This document shows positions 16,393-25,732 of a stretch of DNA of 41,771 nt, piece by piece (positions within the stretch are counted from its first letter, which is position 1; every line of letters begins with the position of its first letter). The DNA is from a virus (lineage: Duplodnaviria > Caudoviricetes). The notes beneath the pieces are model-generated. The model worked only from the letters and a program-made list of their open reading frames with translations, ran no database searches and had not been told where the DNA came from. A program made the position numbers and the translations under genes. The stretch covers positions 1-41,771 of IMG/VR virus record IMGVR_UViG_3300014656_000047; one strand, 5' to 3'.

Positions 16393-17913
16393 ATGAATTT
16401 ATGCAGAGATCATTTTCAAAACTACAAACGCTATAATATACCAAAAGCACAACTAATAATAGCAGATATACCGTTCAATATTGGTATAAATGCCTATGCT
16501 TCAAATCCAAGTTGGTATAAAAACGGCGACAATAAAAATGGTGAAAGCGAACTAGCTGGAAAAACTTTTTTCGATACCGACAAAGATTTTAGAATAGCTG
16601 AGTTTATGCACTTCGTAAGCACTATGTTAAAAAAAGAACCAAAAGAAAAAAGCCAAGCAGGCTGCATGATAGTGTTTTGTGAGTTTGAACAGCAATTTAT
16701 GCTTATTGAGAAGGGCAAAGAGTATGGGTTTAATCATTATATAAATCTTGTTTTTAGAAAGAATTATTCCGCACAGGTCTTAAAAGCAAACATGAAAGTT
16801 GTGGGTAATTGCGAATATGCGGTTCTTTTGTATAGAGATAAATTGCCGAAATTCCGTAACGAGGGGAAAATGATATTCAACTGCATGGACTATGTAAGAG
16901 ATACAGAAACACCGAAGATCCACCCATGTCTACCAACTGGAGAAAAAGTATTTGCAAACAATAAGTGGATTAACATTGAAGATGTAAAAAAAGGAGATTG
17001 CACAAATTACGGAGTTGTTATTGAAACTTCAACGCATGAAGCAGAAAAGATTATCGCAATAAAAAGCGGTGGGAAAATATCGAGAGCAACATACAACCAC
17101 CCATTTCTAGTAAAGAGAGGGGACAATATTTTATGGTTAGAGGCGGAGAATGTCAGGAAAGAAGATTACCTGTTGACAAACTTAAAACTACAAACAAGGG
17201 ATATATTAGAATCCGAAGAAATAGAAAAACAAAAATGCTACACGTTCTTGTTTGGGAAGAAAATTTTGGAGAAATTCCCGAGGGTTATCAGGTCCATCAT
17301 AAAAATGATGACAAAACGGACAATAGAACTGAAAACCTCATCACTGTTGACACCCTTACACATAAGCGGTTGCACAGTGGTTGCGAGTTGCGAGATGGAG
17401 TATGGCACAAGCCTTGTAAAACTTGCGGGGAGTTTAAGGAGTGTAATCAAGAAAATTGGTATTTTAGCCGAGGTTGGATTAATGGGAAAGAATGTAGACT
17501 GTGCTATATCAAAAGAAAAAACAAAGAGTATATTATGCGGAATGCAAAAAGTAGAAAACACGGAGGCACAGGTAGAAAAAACAACAGTCCACAATTTATC
17601 AATAAAAGGCGTTCCAGCATTTGATGCACGAATAGGAATATCCCATAATACACAAAAAAGCATACATGTTATTAAAAATTTGATTAATATTTTTACGGAC
17701 GTTGGTGATGTTGTGATAGATCCTTGTGCAGGGAGTGGAGTATCTTTGTTAGCAGCAGAAATGATGGGTAGAAAATCATACGGCTTTGAAATCAAAAAAG
17801 AATTTGTTGATGGCTTTAACTCAAAATTAGCGCAAAACATACAAGTTAGTATGTATCAACAAGAATTAGCGCAAAAGAAATATAGCCCATACGCGGAACA
17901 GGTAAGCATATAA
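16393..17913 (+). CDS. Beta-class N4-cytosine/N6-adenine DNA methyltransferase containing an intein
   Basis: Catalytic motif IV DIPF near the N-terminus; motif I DPCAGSG near the C-terminus; the conserved HP|TQK motif is split by the intein. Confidence 0.9.
   Translation: MNLCRDHFQNYKRYNIPKAQLIIADIPFNIGINAYASNPSWYKNGDNKNGESELAGKTFFDTDKDFRIAEFMHFVSTMLKKEPKEKSQAGCMIVFCEFEQQFMLIEKGKEYGFNHYINLVFRKNYSAQVLKANMKVVGNCEYAVLLYRDKLPKFRNEGKMIFNCMDYVRDTETPKIHPCLPTGEKVFANNKWINIEDVKKGDCTNYGVVIETSTHEAEKIIAIKSGGKISRATYNHPFLVKRGDNILWLEAENVRKEDYLLTNLKLQTRDILESEEIEKQKCYTFLFGKKILEKFPRVIRSIIKMMTKRTIELKTSSLLTPLHISGCTVVASCEMEYGTSLVKLAGSLRSVIKKIGILAEVGLMGKNVDCAISKEKTKSILCGMQKVENTEAQVEKTTVHNLSIKGVPAFDARIGISHNTQKSIHVIKNLINIFTDVGDVVIDPCAGSGVSLLAAEMMGRKSYGFEIKKEFVDGFNSKLAQNIQVSMYQQELAQKKYSPYAEQVSI
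16927..17649 (+). mobile_element. Intein (241 aa)
   Basis: Block A CLPTGEKV, block B ATYNHPFLV, block F VHNLSI, block G ISHN followed by +1 Thr; removal restores KIHPTQKS. Confidence 0.9.
17133..17624 (+). CDS. HNH endonuclease nested out of frame inside the intein
   Basis: KGYIR...LHVLVWEENFGEIPEGYQVHHKNDDKTDNRTENL..H...H, then CKTC...CRLC; own SD-like GAGAGGGG about 10 nt before ATG17133. Confidence 0.85.
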   Translation: MVRGGECQERRLPVDKLKTTNKGYIRIRRNRKTKMLHVLVWEENFGEIPEGYQVHHKNDDKTDNRTENLITVDTLTHKRLHSGCELRDGVWHKPCKTCGEFKECNQENWYFSRGWINGKECRLCYIKRKNKEYIMRNAKSRKHGGTGRKNNSPQFINKRRSSI

Positions 17914-17929
17914 AATAAGGGGTGAGAGT

Positions 17930-18265
17930 ATGAAAGCAATACAAGGATTTACAATAATATTAATAACATTATTTTCATTATTATTTGAGACATACGTTAC
18001 AGAGATAAAACAAGATTTAAAAGCAGTACAAGACAACCAAAACGCCATATTACAAGCAATAAAAAACGAAAGTAGTATAAACACCTTATCGGAAATACAA
18101 ACGCTCCTAGAGGACAATAAAAGCCTTGAATCGGATAACGCAACACTAACACTGGACAACGAATATAAGGCAACGTATATCAAGGAATTTAACGAGATAC
18201 TACACGAGCAAGTTAATTTTGATGGTATGCAAAGTTATTATATTAAACGAAACGGAGGGGATTAA
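17930..18265 (+). CDS. Hypothetical membrane-anchored coiled-coil protein
   Basis: N-terminal hydrophobic helix; SD GGGGTG. Confidence 0.6.
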   Translation: MKAIQGFTIILITLFSLLFETYVTEIKQDLKAVQDNQNAILQAIKNESSINTLSEIQTLLEDNKSLESDNATLTLDNEYKATYIKEFNEILHEQVNFDGMQSYYIKRNGGD

Positions 18266-18862
18266 AATGTTAGATATATTAGAACATGAAAATTGTGCAA
18301 GGGAAATTAAAAGATATAAAGAAAAATTAGAAAATAGCAAAGAAATAATTTCAAAATTAATCCAAGTAATGCAAGGGTGGGACTACAGATCAAATAATAA
18401 TTTTAGCCTTATGGATTGTGTAGAAGTTGAAACCGATGCGAGGGTATGCATTGCGCTAAGTGATGAATTATTAAAAGGAGATGATAAACAAAATGAAAGT
18501 GCTGGTTAATGGCAAATATTTTACGTGGACTGATGAACCAGTGCAAGCGTTCAACGTATACGGCAATTTGCAAGTAATAAAGCCAATTGATTACTTTGAG
18601 TATAATTTTACAAATTTTAAAAAGTTGATAATAAACGGATTAATGGTGATGGCAACTAACTGAATTCGCTTACAAGAAGGCTGTAATTGAAAATAAAACA
18701 AGGCTAATCATCAGTAGTAATTTTTATTGGATAGAGTGGAGCCTTCACACTCTAATATATAGTTTGGATAAATTATGAACCGCGAAAAAGCAACCAACTA
18801 AGCTTATTTGAGGAAATATAAACGCACACTGGTAAAAATTCGAATAAGGAGGAGGGTCACTT

Positions 18863-19303
18863 ATGAAAGCTATTACACTTTGGCAGCCTTGGGCTTCACT
18901 AGTAGCTACTAGAGAAAAGAAGATTGAAACTCGGAGTTGGTCAACAAATTATCGGGGTAAGTTGGCAATACATGCAGCTATGCTTAATCCTTACAAGGCA
19001 ATTAAGTCGATTCCGGATAGTATTATTACTAAGATGCGGAAAGCTCTCAAAGAAAAGGGTATTCTTACTCCGAGTACAGATTTTAGAGTACTGCCTGTAG
19101 GCTGCATCATAGCTACGGCTAATTTGGTTGACTGCCACGAGATTACATACTCATTCCGGTGCTCGAAAATAAATTTTACCGATGAAGAATATTTTGGCGA
19201 CTATACTCCTGGACGCTATGCTTGGATTTTGGAAGACATTCAGCCTTTAGAAGAGCCAATACCAGCGAAGGGAATGCAAAAATTATGGAACTGGGAGGGT
19301 TGA
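18863..19303 (+). CDS. ASCH-domain protein
   Basis: MKAITLWQPWASLV..KKIETRSW..YRGKLAIHA, GRYAW, PIPAKGMQKLW. Confidence 0.9.
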   Translation: MKAITLWQPWASLVATREKKIETRSWSTNYRGKLAIHAAMLNPYKAIKSIPDSIITKMRKALKEKGILTPSTDFRVLPVGCIIATANLVDCHEITYSFRCSKINFTDEEYFGDYTPGRYAWILEDIQPLEEPIPAKGMQKLWNWEG

Positions 19304-19304
19304 A

Positions 19305-19673
19305 ATGAAGCTACAAAGATTCTTTAATGCATTAATCATAACACTAATCGTTTTAATAATGCTATGTGCTACAGAGGAATTTAGACGCTATGATTTAAAG
19401 ATAGTTTTACTCGAGCAAATTGCAATCGAGCAGCATAACGAACTTGCTGACATCAATCAAAACTACCTGAGTAGATATGACGTTGTTCAACCGTTGGACG
19501 ATCTTACAATACTTCAGGATAAGGTCGAAAGTCTTGAGGTTGAAGTGGATGAGTATAGGCAGGACGTTTTATTCTGGAATGATCAGACAGGCAATTATTT
19601 TGGAAAGTATAATACTGGTTATTTCAAGGAAGCGGTAGCAAGTATAAATTTTGTTGCGGAAAGTGAGGTATAA
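19305..19673 (+). CDS. Hypothetical membrane-anchored protein
   Basis: N-terminal hydrophobic helix then coiled coil. Confidence 0.6.
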   Translation: MKLQRFFNALIITLIVLIMLCATEEFRRYDLKIVLLEQIAIEQHNELADINQNYLSRYDVVQPLDDLTILQDKVESLEVEVDEYRQDVLFWNDQTGNYFGKYNTGYFKEAVASINFVAESEV

Positions 19674-19674
19674 A

Positions 19675-20115
19675 ATGTATTGTGAGCCACTACAGAAACC
19701 CAAAAAGAAACCAAACTACAGATATAAGCCAGTAAACACCAAAGTAATGGCAATAGTAAAAGAAAGGAGCGGCGGTATATGCGAATACTGCCACTCCAAC
19801 ACAGCAACAGCACCACACCATATAAAGTTGAAAAGCCAGGGTGGATTAGATATACCAATTAATATTTTACATGTATGCAATAGCTGCCATAACCATTCTA
19901 ACACCGAATTCCTGCACGAAGCAAAGGAAATATTAAGGGATAGAGTACAGGATATATTTACAGGGGACAAGGCTTATACAATTGGAGAGGTAGCATATTA
20001 CTTAAACATGCAGAGAGATGAAGTATTAAGACAATGTATAAAGGATTTTTTGAAAGTAGAAGAAGCATGGCCGACAGGGGAAGAAATTAAATTATGGGTG
20101 GGGGTAGCAAAGTGA
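19675..20115 (+). CDS. HNH-motif nuclease
   Basis: CEYC...HHIKLKSQGG...N...CNSCH. Confidence 0.8.
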   Translation: MYCEPLQKPKKKPNYRYKPVNTKVMAIVKERSGGICEYCHSNTATAPHHIKLKSQGGLDIPINILHVCNSCHNHSNTEFLHEAKEILRDRVQDIFTGDKAYTIGEVAYYLNMQRDEVLRQCIKDFLKVEEAWPTGEEIKLWVGVAK

Positions 20116-20531
20116 ATTGGACAGAGGAAGAATACCAAGCCTATACACAAAAGAAAAGCTTAGACGTGAAACTCGAACAGGTCAAACAAAAAGCCAATAA
20201 ATACAATGTATCTGCAAAAGAGGATAGAATATATAATGGGATAGTATTTGACAGTAAAGCGGAAATGAAGCGGTATATTGAGTTGAAAGCTTTAGAAATG
20301 GCAGGAGAGATAAAACAACTAAGCCTACAACCAGAATATATTCTACAAGAGAGTTTTGAACATAAGAAGAAAAAGTATAGAGAGATAAAATACCAGGCTG
20401 ATTTTGTATATATAAAGGGAAAAGATGTAATAGTTGAAGATGTAAAAGGAAAATGCACTAGAGAGTACTTAATTAAGAAAAAGCTATTGCTTAAGCGATA
20501 TCCAACTATAAACTTTGTGGAGGTGAGTTAA
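20112..20531 (+). CDS. DUF1064-family putative nuclease
   Basis: GIVFDSKAE, LQPEYILQ, YQADFVY, VEDVKG. Confidence 0.85.
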   Translation: MNWTEEEYQAYTQKKSLDVKLEQVKQKANKYNVSAKEDRIYNGIVFDSKAEMKRYIELKALEMAGEIKQLSLQPEYILQESFEHKKKKYREIKYQADFVYIKGKDVIVEDVKGKCTREYLIKKKLLLKRYPTINFVEVS

Positions 20532-21070
20532 TGAAAGCCACAGCAACCAAAATACGCCTACAGACTAACGAAGATAATCAAGTTGAATTAGTACTCACGC
20601 TAAAAGAAAATAGGCTACAAGTGCAAAAGGAAGCGGTAGAACTGAAGGGAATAATAGAGAGCGGTAAACAGTTGGTGGTCGAGATAAAACAATATAGGCA
20701 AAAGCGGAGCCTTGACGCGAATTCATACATGTGGCTGCTGCTTTCTGAAATGGCTGCAGTAATGAAAACTACAAAAGATGAACTTTATTTGATTATGCTC
20801 GAAAGATACGGAATATTTACACATGTAGTAGTAAAGCCGAATGTAGTAGATAAAGTAAAGCAAGAATGGCGTACAGTTAGGGAGTTGGGAGAGGTAAATA
20901 TTAATGGCAAGACAGGGATACAGTTGCAATGTTTTTTCGGAAGTCACCTATATGACACAAAAGAATTTAGTGTACTGCTAGAAGGAATTATATCAGAAGC
21001 TAAGGATTTAGGAATTGAAGTTATAAGCGAAAATGAAAAACATCTATTATTAGTAGAATGGGGGAAATGA
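20531..21070 (+). CDS. NinB-like recombination protein
   Basis: KRSLDANSYMW and GSHLYDTKEFSVLLE..ISEAKDLGI. Confidence 0.65.
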   Translation: MKATATKIRLQTNEDNQVELVLTLKENRLQVQKEAVELKGIIESGKQLVVEIKQYRQKRSLDANSYMWLLLSEMAAVMKTTKDELYLIMLERYGIFTHVVVKPNVVDKVKQEWRTVRELGEVNINGKTGIQLQCFFGSHLYDTKEFSVLLEGIISEAKDLGIEVISENEKHLLLVEWGK

Positions 21071-21714
21071 TGAATATATTTCAAGATATGACAGGACAAC
21101 GATTTGGGAGATTAATTGTAGTAAAAAGAATTCCTAACTTACCTAATTCAAAAGTAACTAGATGGGAATGTAAATGTGATTGTGGAAATATCACATTTAC
21201 CGGAAGACCTAATTTGATGCATGGTAAATCTACTAGTTGTGGTTGTTATGCAGCAGAATCGAAAAGAAAAAGAAAAACTAGAACAACACACAATGAATCC
21301 AGGACAAGACTATATTCCATTTGGCAAAGCATGAAGCAAAGATGTTATGACAAAAATACAAACGGATATGAACAATATGGAGCCAAAGGAATAAAGATTT
21401 GTGAAGAATGGATGGATTATAACAACTTTTCAAAATGGTCTACAGAAAACGGGTATTCGGAATTATTGACAATAGATAGAAAAGAAAATAGTAAAGGGTA
21501 TAATCCTGAAAATTGTAGATGGTTAACAATGAAAGAACAGAATAGAAACAAAATAAAAAATAGGATAATAGAATTAGATGGGGATAAAAAATGTGTTAGC
21601 TATTGGAGTGAAACACTCAATATACCAATAAATACAATAGTAAATAGATTAAATAGAGGGTGTTCTCCAGAAGAAGCGTTAAATCAAAACTACCACAAAA
21701 GAACAGAAAAATAA
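21067..21714 (+). CDS. HNH-type homing endonuclease
   Basis: DMTGQRFGRL, WECKCDCG, SCGC, RLYSIWQSMKQRC, YGAKGIKICEEW, TIDR..NSKGYNPENCRW. Confidence 0.85.
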   Translation: MMNIFQDMTGQRFGRLIVVKRIPNLPNSKVTRWECKCDCGNITFTGRPNLMHGKSTSCGCYAAESKRKRKTRTTHNESRTRLYSIWQSMKQRCYDKNTNGYEQYGAKGIKICEEWMDYNNFSKWSTENGYSELLTIDRKENSKGYNPENCRWLTMKEQNRNKIKNRIIELDGDKKCVSYWSETLNIPINTIVNRLNRGCSPEEALNQNYHKRTEK

Positions 21715-21781
21715 AAATAAGACATTAAGGCTAAACTTAAAAAGCGGTTGGAGTGCATGAGATAAAATAAAATCGTGAGGG

Positions 21782-22258
21782 GTGCTACATATGAACAACA
21801 ATGAGATACGGTTTTACTTACATAATTACGACAACTTGAAGAGAGAAATTAAACATCTACAAAAAGCACTTGAAGAATATAGAAAAATGAACATATCTGG
21901 CATTAAAGCGCAAGTAATAACGGGCATGCCATTAACGCACAGCAACACATCTAAAACGGAATCAATGGCACTAACGAGAATTGACTACATACAAGAATTA
22001 GAAGATGAAATAGACAGCAAAATGAGGTTAATAAGGGCGGTAGATGCAGTTTACTTCTACCTCAAAGAACCTAAGCGGACTATATTTGAAATGAGATATT
22101 TTATAACACCAATGGAAAATGACATAAGAAAACCGAAATATAGTTGGAAAGTAATAGCCGATGAAGTAGAGCAGACAGAGGAACAATGCAGACAAATTGA
22201 TTGCAGGACAATACGAGGTATACTAGAAAAATATGTCACATTCAGCACACATAAATAA
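21782..22258 (+). CDS. ArpU/RinA-like late transcriptional activator (copy 1)
   Basis: End of the early region; ITGMP motif, IFEMRYF...SWKVIA HTH. Confidence 0.75.
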   Translation: MLHMNNNEIRFYLHNYDNLKREIKHLQKALEEYRKMNISGIKAQVITGMPLTHSNTSKTESMALTRIDYIQELEDEIDSKMRLIRAVDAVYFYLKEPKRTIFEMRYFITPMENDIRKPKYSWKVIADEVEQTEEQCRQIDCRTIRGILEKYVTFSTHK

Positions 22259-22325
22259 TTTAACACATGTGAGATAATATACTTAACAAACCTTACAAAA
22301 GACAAAACATTTTGACCTTCTAAGC

Positions 22326-22428
22326 TTATAGCCCTGCTGCAATAAAGCACCAGGGCTATAATACTTTAAAATATTCCTCCTTAATATATAATACTAAAGG
22401 CTTCGCTAATCCGGAGCCTTAAATTTTT
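22326..22428 (+). terminator. Two hairpins after the late activator
   Basis: TTATAGCCCTG...CAGGGCTATAA, and AAGGCTTC...GGAGCCTT followed by a T-tract. Confidence 0.5.
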
Positions 22429-22646
22429 GAGGTGATACTATGATGCCAGAAAGCACATACACATATCGAAAACAATGGCTACAAAAGAATTGCCCTGATA
22501 CACTATGCAAGGACTGCGACAGGTTTAAACGCAATTGTCCGTTGCATATGTACCCTACAGAGAAGGGCAGCGTAGAAATGAGGAAAACGCAAGCGGAAAT
22601 TTTGTATAGTGGAGTGAAGGAAATATAAATAAATTTAAAATAAGCG

Positions 22647-22675
22647 TTGACAACGTCATGACGGTGTGATATTAT
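22647..22675 (+). promoter_or_regulatory. sigma-A promoter with palindromic operator in the spacer
   Basis: TTGACA-17 nt-TATTAT; perfect palindrome CGTCATGACG at 22654-22663. Confidence 0.75.
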
Positions 22676-22697
22676 TAGGGTATCAAATAAAAGGACG

Positions 22698-22895
22698 GTG
22701 TCGATTATGTTAGAGAAAGCTTATATCTACAATATGGCAATGTATGAATTAATGAGAAAGATTGAAAAAGAAGAAAATCACTTAAAGGAATATCCAGAAA
22801 GCACGATATCACAGGCAAGACTAGGAAGATTTTATTCAGAAGAAAAAGAATTACATGCCATGATATTAGAAGCAGAAAAAGTGGGGGTGGTGTAA
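22698..22895 (+). CDS. Hypothetical protein (moron gene 1)
   Basis: ORF track; SD AAGGA. Confidence 0.6.
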   Translation: MSIMLEKAYIYNMAMYELMRKIEKEENHLKEYPESTISQARLGRFYSEEKELHAMILEAEKVGVV

Positions 22896-23167
22896 TGCTC
22901 CCACCTAAAAAAGAAAACCGTAGAACATTCAGACTTACTGATGAAGAATACGAATCATTACGCCAACAAGCTGAAAAGCTAGGCACAGATCGTGCAGGGT
23001 ATATAAAGCTTATAATAGCATTAGATGTGGCAAGTGGGATAATAAACAGACTACAAGTAAAATCTTGTAAAACTTGTAACCACGAGCATAACGGGGAATG
23101 TGACATACCGATGAAAAAGTGTAGATGTGATGATGAATTAGAATTATATGATTGGGAGCCTAGATAA
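22895..23167 (+). CDS. RHH (CopG/MobC-like) regulator with Cys-rich tail
   Basis: RTFRLTDEEYESLRQQAEKLGTDRAGYIKLII. Confidence 0.7.
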   Translation: MLPPKKENRRTFRLTDEEYESLRQQAEKLGTDRAGYIKLIIALDVASGIINRLQVKSCKTCNHEHNGECDIPMKKCRCDDELELYDWEPR

Positions 23168-23181
23168 TAGGCTCTTTTTTT
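23155..23181 (+). terminator. Rho-independent terminator
   Basis: GAGCCTA-loop-TAGGCTC then TTTTTTT. Confidence 0.75.
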
Positions 23182-23686
23182 GTGAGGTAAACATGAAACC
23201 AATAACAACACTACCAGAAACACTACTAACAATATTTATACTCTTATTTATACTACCTATAACACTAATAGAAATGGCTATATGCTGTTTAAGCAACCAA
23301 TACACGGGGATAGACAGGGAGGTAAGGTAAAGATGAAATGTGTATTATGGTTTAAACACAAAGTAAGATATAGCAAGAAGTTTAAAGGATATTTCTGCAC
23401 AAGGTGCGGTAAAACAGCATTAGGTTGTGCTGTAGATAGGAGATAGATAACATGAGAAATATATTAACAAATGTAATTAAAGAATTAATAAATTGGCAAG
23501 TAGATATGGAGTTAATAGGTAATTACAAGAGAGCAAAAGCTATTGATAGGACAATACATAGAATGATAAATCGTAAACATGGTAGATAAACACGCAGGCG
23601 GTAGACCGTTGGATTGACGGTATGGGGTGAGTTGGTGAAGTTGTATGAAAGTAAAATAAGGTAATGATAAATAGGTTAAATAACAC

Positions 23687-23715
23687 TTGCAATAATATGA
23701 TATACATAGTATAAT
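23687..23715 (+). promoter_or_regulatory. sigma-A promoter
   Basis: TTGCAA-17 nt-TATAAT. Confidence 0.7.
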
Positions 23716-23766
23716 TATAGGAGAAAGCTAAGAAATAACTATAATAATACTAAGGAGGTCATATTA

Positions 23767-23934
23767 TTGGCAGAGAGAAGAGTAACAAGAAAAGGGTTTA
23801 AGCAGTTGAATGTCGAAGTTCCTGCTTATATCAAAGATAAAATACTTCCAGAGATCTGCGAGATTGATAAACGAAGTCAAGCAAATATGTTGACATGGTT
23901 AATCGAACAAAGATATCAGGAGGTAAAGAAATGA
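23767..23934 (+). CDS. RHH-like protein (55 aa, not in ORF track)
   Basis: SD AAGGAGG, TTG start; KQLNVEVPAYIK...DKRSQANMLTWLIE; ATGA overlap with the next gene. Confidence 0.6.
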   Translation: MAERRVTRKGFKQLNVEVPAYIKDKILPEICEIDKRSQANMLTWLIEQRYQEVKK

Positions 23935-24608
23935 GCAATGACGATAAATCAGGTATTTATAAAATAGTGTTGAATGGAAAAATGTATGTAGGTAGTACGA
24001 CTGGGAGTTTCAAGAAAAGATGGCAGACGCACTTATCAAGTTTGAAGAATGGCAACCATCATAACCCTAAATTACAAAAATCCTTTAATGAAAACAAAAC
24101 AGAAGAAGTTATATTTAGTATATTGGAAATCATTGAAAACAAACTAGAAGTGATACCAACAGAGCAAAAATATATTGATATGCTTAAGCCTGAATATAAC
24201 GGTTCGCAAAAAGCATCTAACCCGTTGAATGTTTATAAAACCAAGAAATTTAAAAACGGTAAGCCAATAACATACAAGCCAACTAAAGCACATAGAGAAA
24301 CAACAGAAGCTATCGCTGACAGGCTAAATAAGTCTCTCAGCGATTACGTGCGTGAAGCAGTAGAACATTACAACAAGGTTCAACTAGATTCGGTTTGCTC
24401 TGTATGTGGAAAAATTACGGATATAAAATACGTATTCAGTAATAAAAAAGTATGCTATCAATGTGACAGAGACAAGCAAAACGAAGGGATAGAACATTAC
24501 AACACACATCACCAACAAGAGACATATCCGGATTTTAACGCTAAAATGAAAGCTGTAACAGAGAAGATAAACAGCAAGCCAACTATGGTACAACAGTTTG
24601 GGAAGTGA
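23931..24608 (+). CDS. GIY-YIG endonuclease with RHH-like and Cys-motif C-terminal region
   Basis: SGIYKI...MYVGS, RWQTH, HHNPKLQ, EQKYID..PEYN; then IADRLNKSLSDYVREAV and CSVC...CYQC. Confidence 0.8.
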   Translation: MSNDDKSGIYKIVLNGKMYVGSTTGSFKKRWQTHLSSLKNGNHHNPKLQKSFNENKTEEVIFSILEIIENKLEVIPTEQKYIDMLKPEYNGSQKASNPLNVYKTKKFKNGKPITYKPTKAHRETTEAIADRLNKSLSDYVREAVEHYNKVQLDSVCSVCGKITDIKYVFSNKKVCYQCDRDKQNEGIEHYNTHHQQETYPDFNAKMKAVTEKINSKPTMVQQFGK

Positions 24609-24761
24609 GTATGAGTACAACTAGAACATGTTATAACTGTAAACATAAAAATGTAGATATATTTGTAGAGCCTTGTCGGGAATGTTGTTATGACGGAACT
24701 TGCCCAAACTTTGAACCCGCCGAAAAAAGAGCCATAGAACATAAGAAGGGGATAAGGATAT

Positions 24762-24953
24762 ATGAAACTATATTTAGTTACTAGAAACGATGAAACAGAT
24801 TATGACGAATATGATTCTTTTGTAGTAAGAGCAGAAAACGAAGAGGAAGCAATTGAGTTATGCAAATATAGTTACATGAAAAATTCAACTGTAACAGAGA
24901 TAACGCAAGAAGGGGAAAGAGGACAAATATTAGGAAGTTACAATGCAGGTTGA
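24762..24953 (+). CDS. Small hypothetical phage protein
   Basis: ORF track; YDEYDSFVVRAENEEEA...ILGSYNAG. Confidence 0.65.
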   Translation: MKLYLVTRNDETDYDEYDSFVVRAENEEEAIELCKYSYMKNSTVTEITQEGERGQILGSYNAG

Positions 24954-25223
24954 GTCTATATAAGCAATACAGTAAGGAGCAGCCGAGGAATGGTTGGGAC
25001 TAAGTAGTACAAACTACAAAAGGTGCGCAAACTAAGCGCGTGTAGGCTGATTTATACAGTAAGGAGTGAGTGAAATATGCCCTGTGAAAAATGTATACAC
25101 TATAAAATGCACCATGTACAACGGCAATTGTATAGAACGTGGTGTGATATCAACGAAAAGGCTATTGAATATTTAGATGGCTGCAATAAATTTGAGCCAT
25201 AGAACACAAGAAGGAGTGATGAA

Positions 25224-25526
25224 ATGGATAGTTATGGAATTTCAGCAATATCAGAAGACAAGGAAACGGGGCTACCTTTTGTAGATGGAAAAACAATTTC
25301 AGAAAAATTTGTTTTGTTAAAAAAGCAAAACCAACAAATAGGCGGATTTGAATTTAAAGCTGATATTTTAATCAGAAAAGATATAAGGAATTTTTTAGAA
25401 AGATGTAAGTTTGAAGGACTTGATTTTAAGTATCATGAGTCAAAATATTTACTTGCCAGCAAATATATAATTAAAGGTAATGCGGACGATGTAAGGAAAA
25501 TATATAATTATTTGTGCAATGATTAA
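25224..25526 (+). CDS. Hypothetical protein
   Basis: ORF track; SD AAGGAG. Confidence 0.6.
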   Translation: MDSYGISAISEDKETGLPFVDGKTISEKFVLLKKQNQQIGGFEFKADILIRKDIRNFLERCKFEGLDFKYHESKYLLASKYIIKGNADDVRKIYNYLCND

Positions 25527-25732
25527 AACAAGAAACGTAAAATTCGGTAGAACAGGGGTGATGGGATGAAAGATATTTTACATTGGAATGAATTGTCTAA
25601 AGATACAAAAAGATTTTTGTTGATAATTGCAGGAATAAATATATTTGCTCTGGGATTTATAATAGGATACATAAATTAGGTGAATTTATGAACATATATA
25701 ACAGGATTTTACATATAAAGGAAGTGGATAAA

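Noticed and set aside
17238-17840. 200-aa antisense ORF across the intein and methyltransferase
   Set aside because: No SD or recognisable motif; would be a third overlapping frame and is better explained as a shadow ORF.
18759-18821. Possible C-terminal relic of a Dam-like methyltransferase (IVWINYEP...QLSLF)
   Set aside because: Too short to support by eye; QLSLF-type tails occur on many phage proteins.
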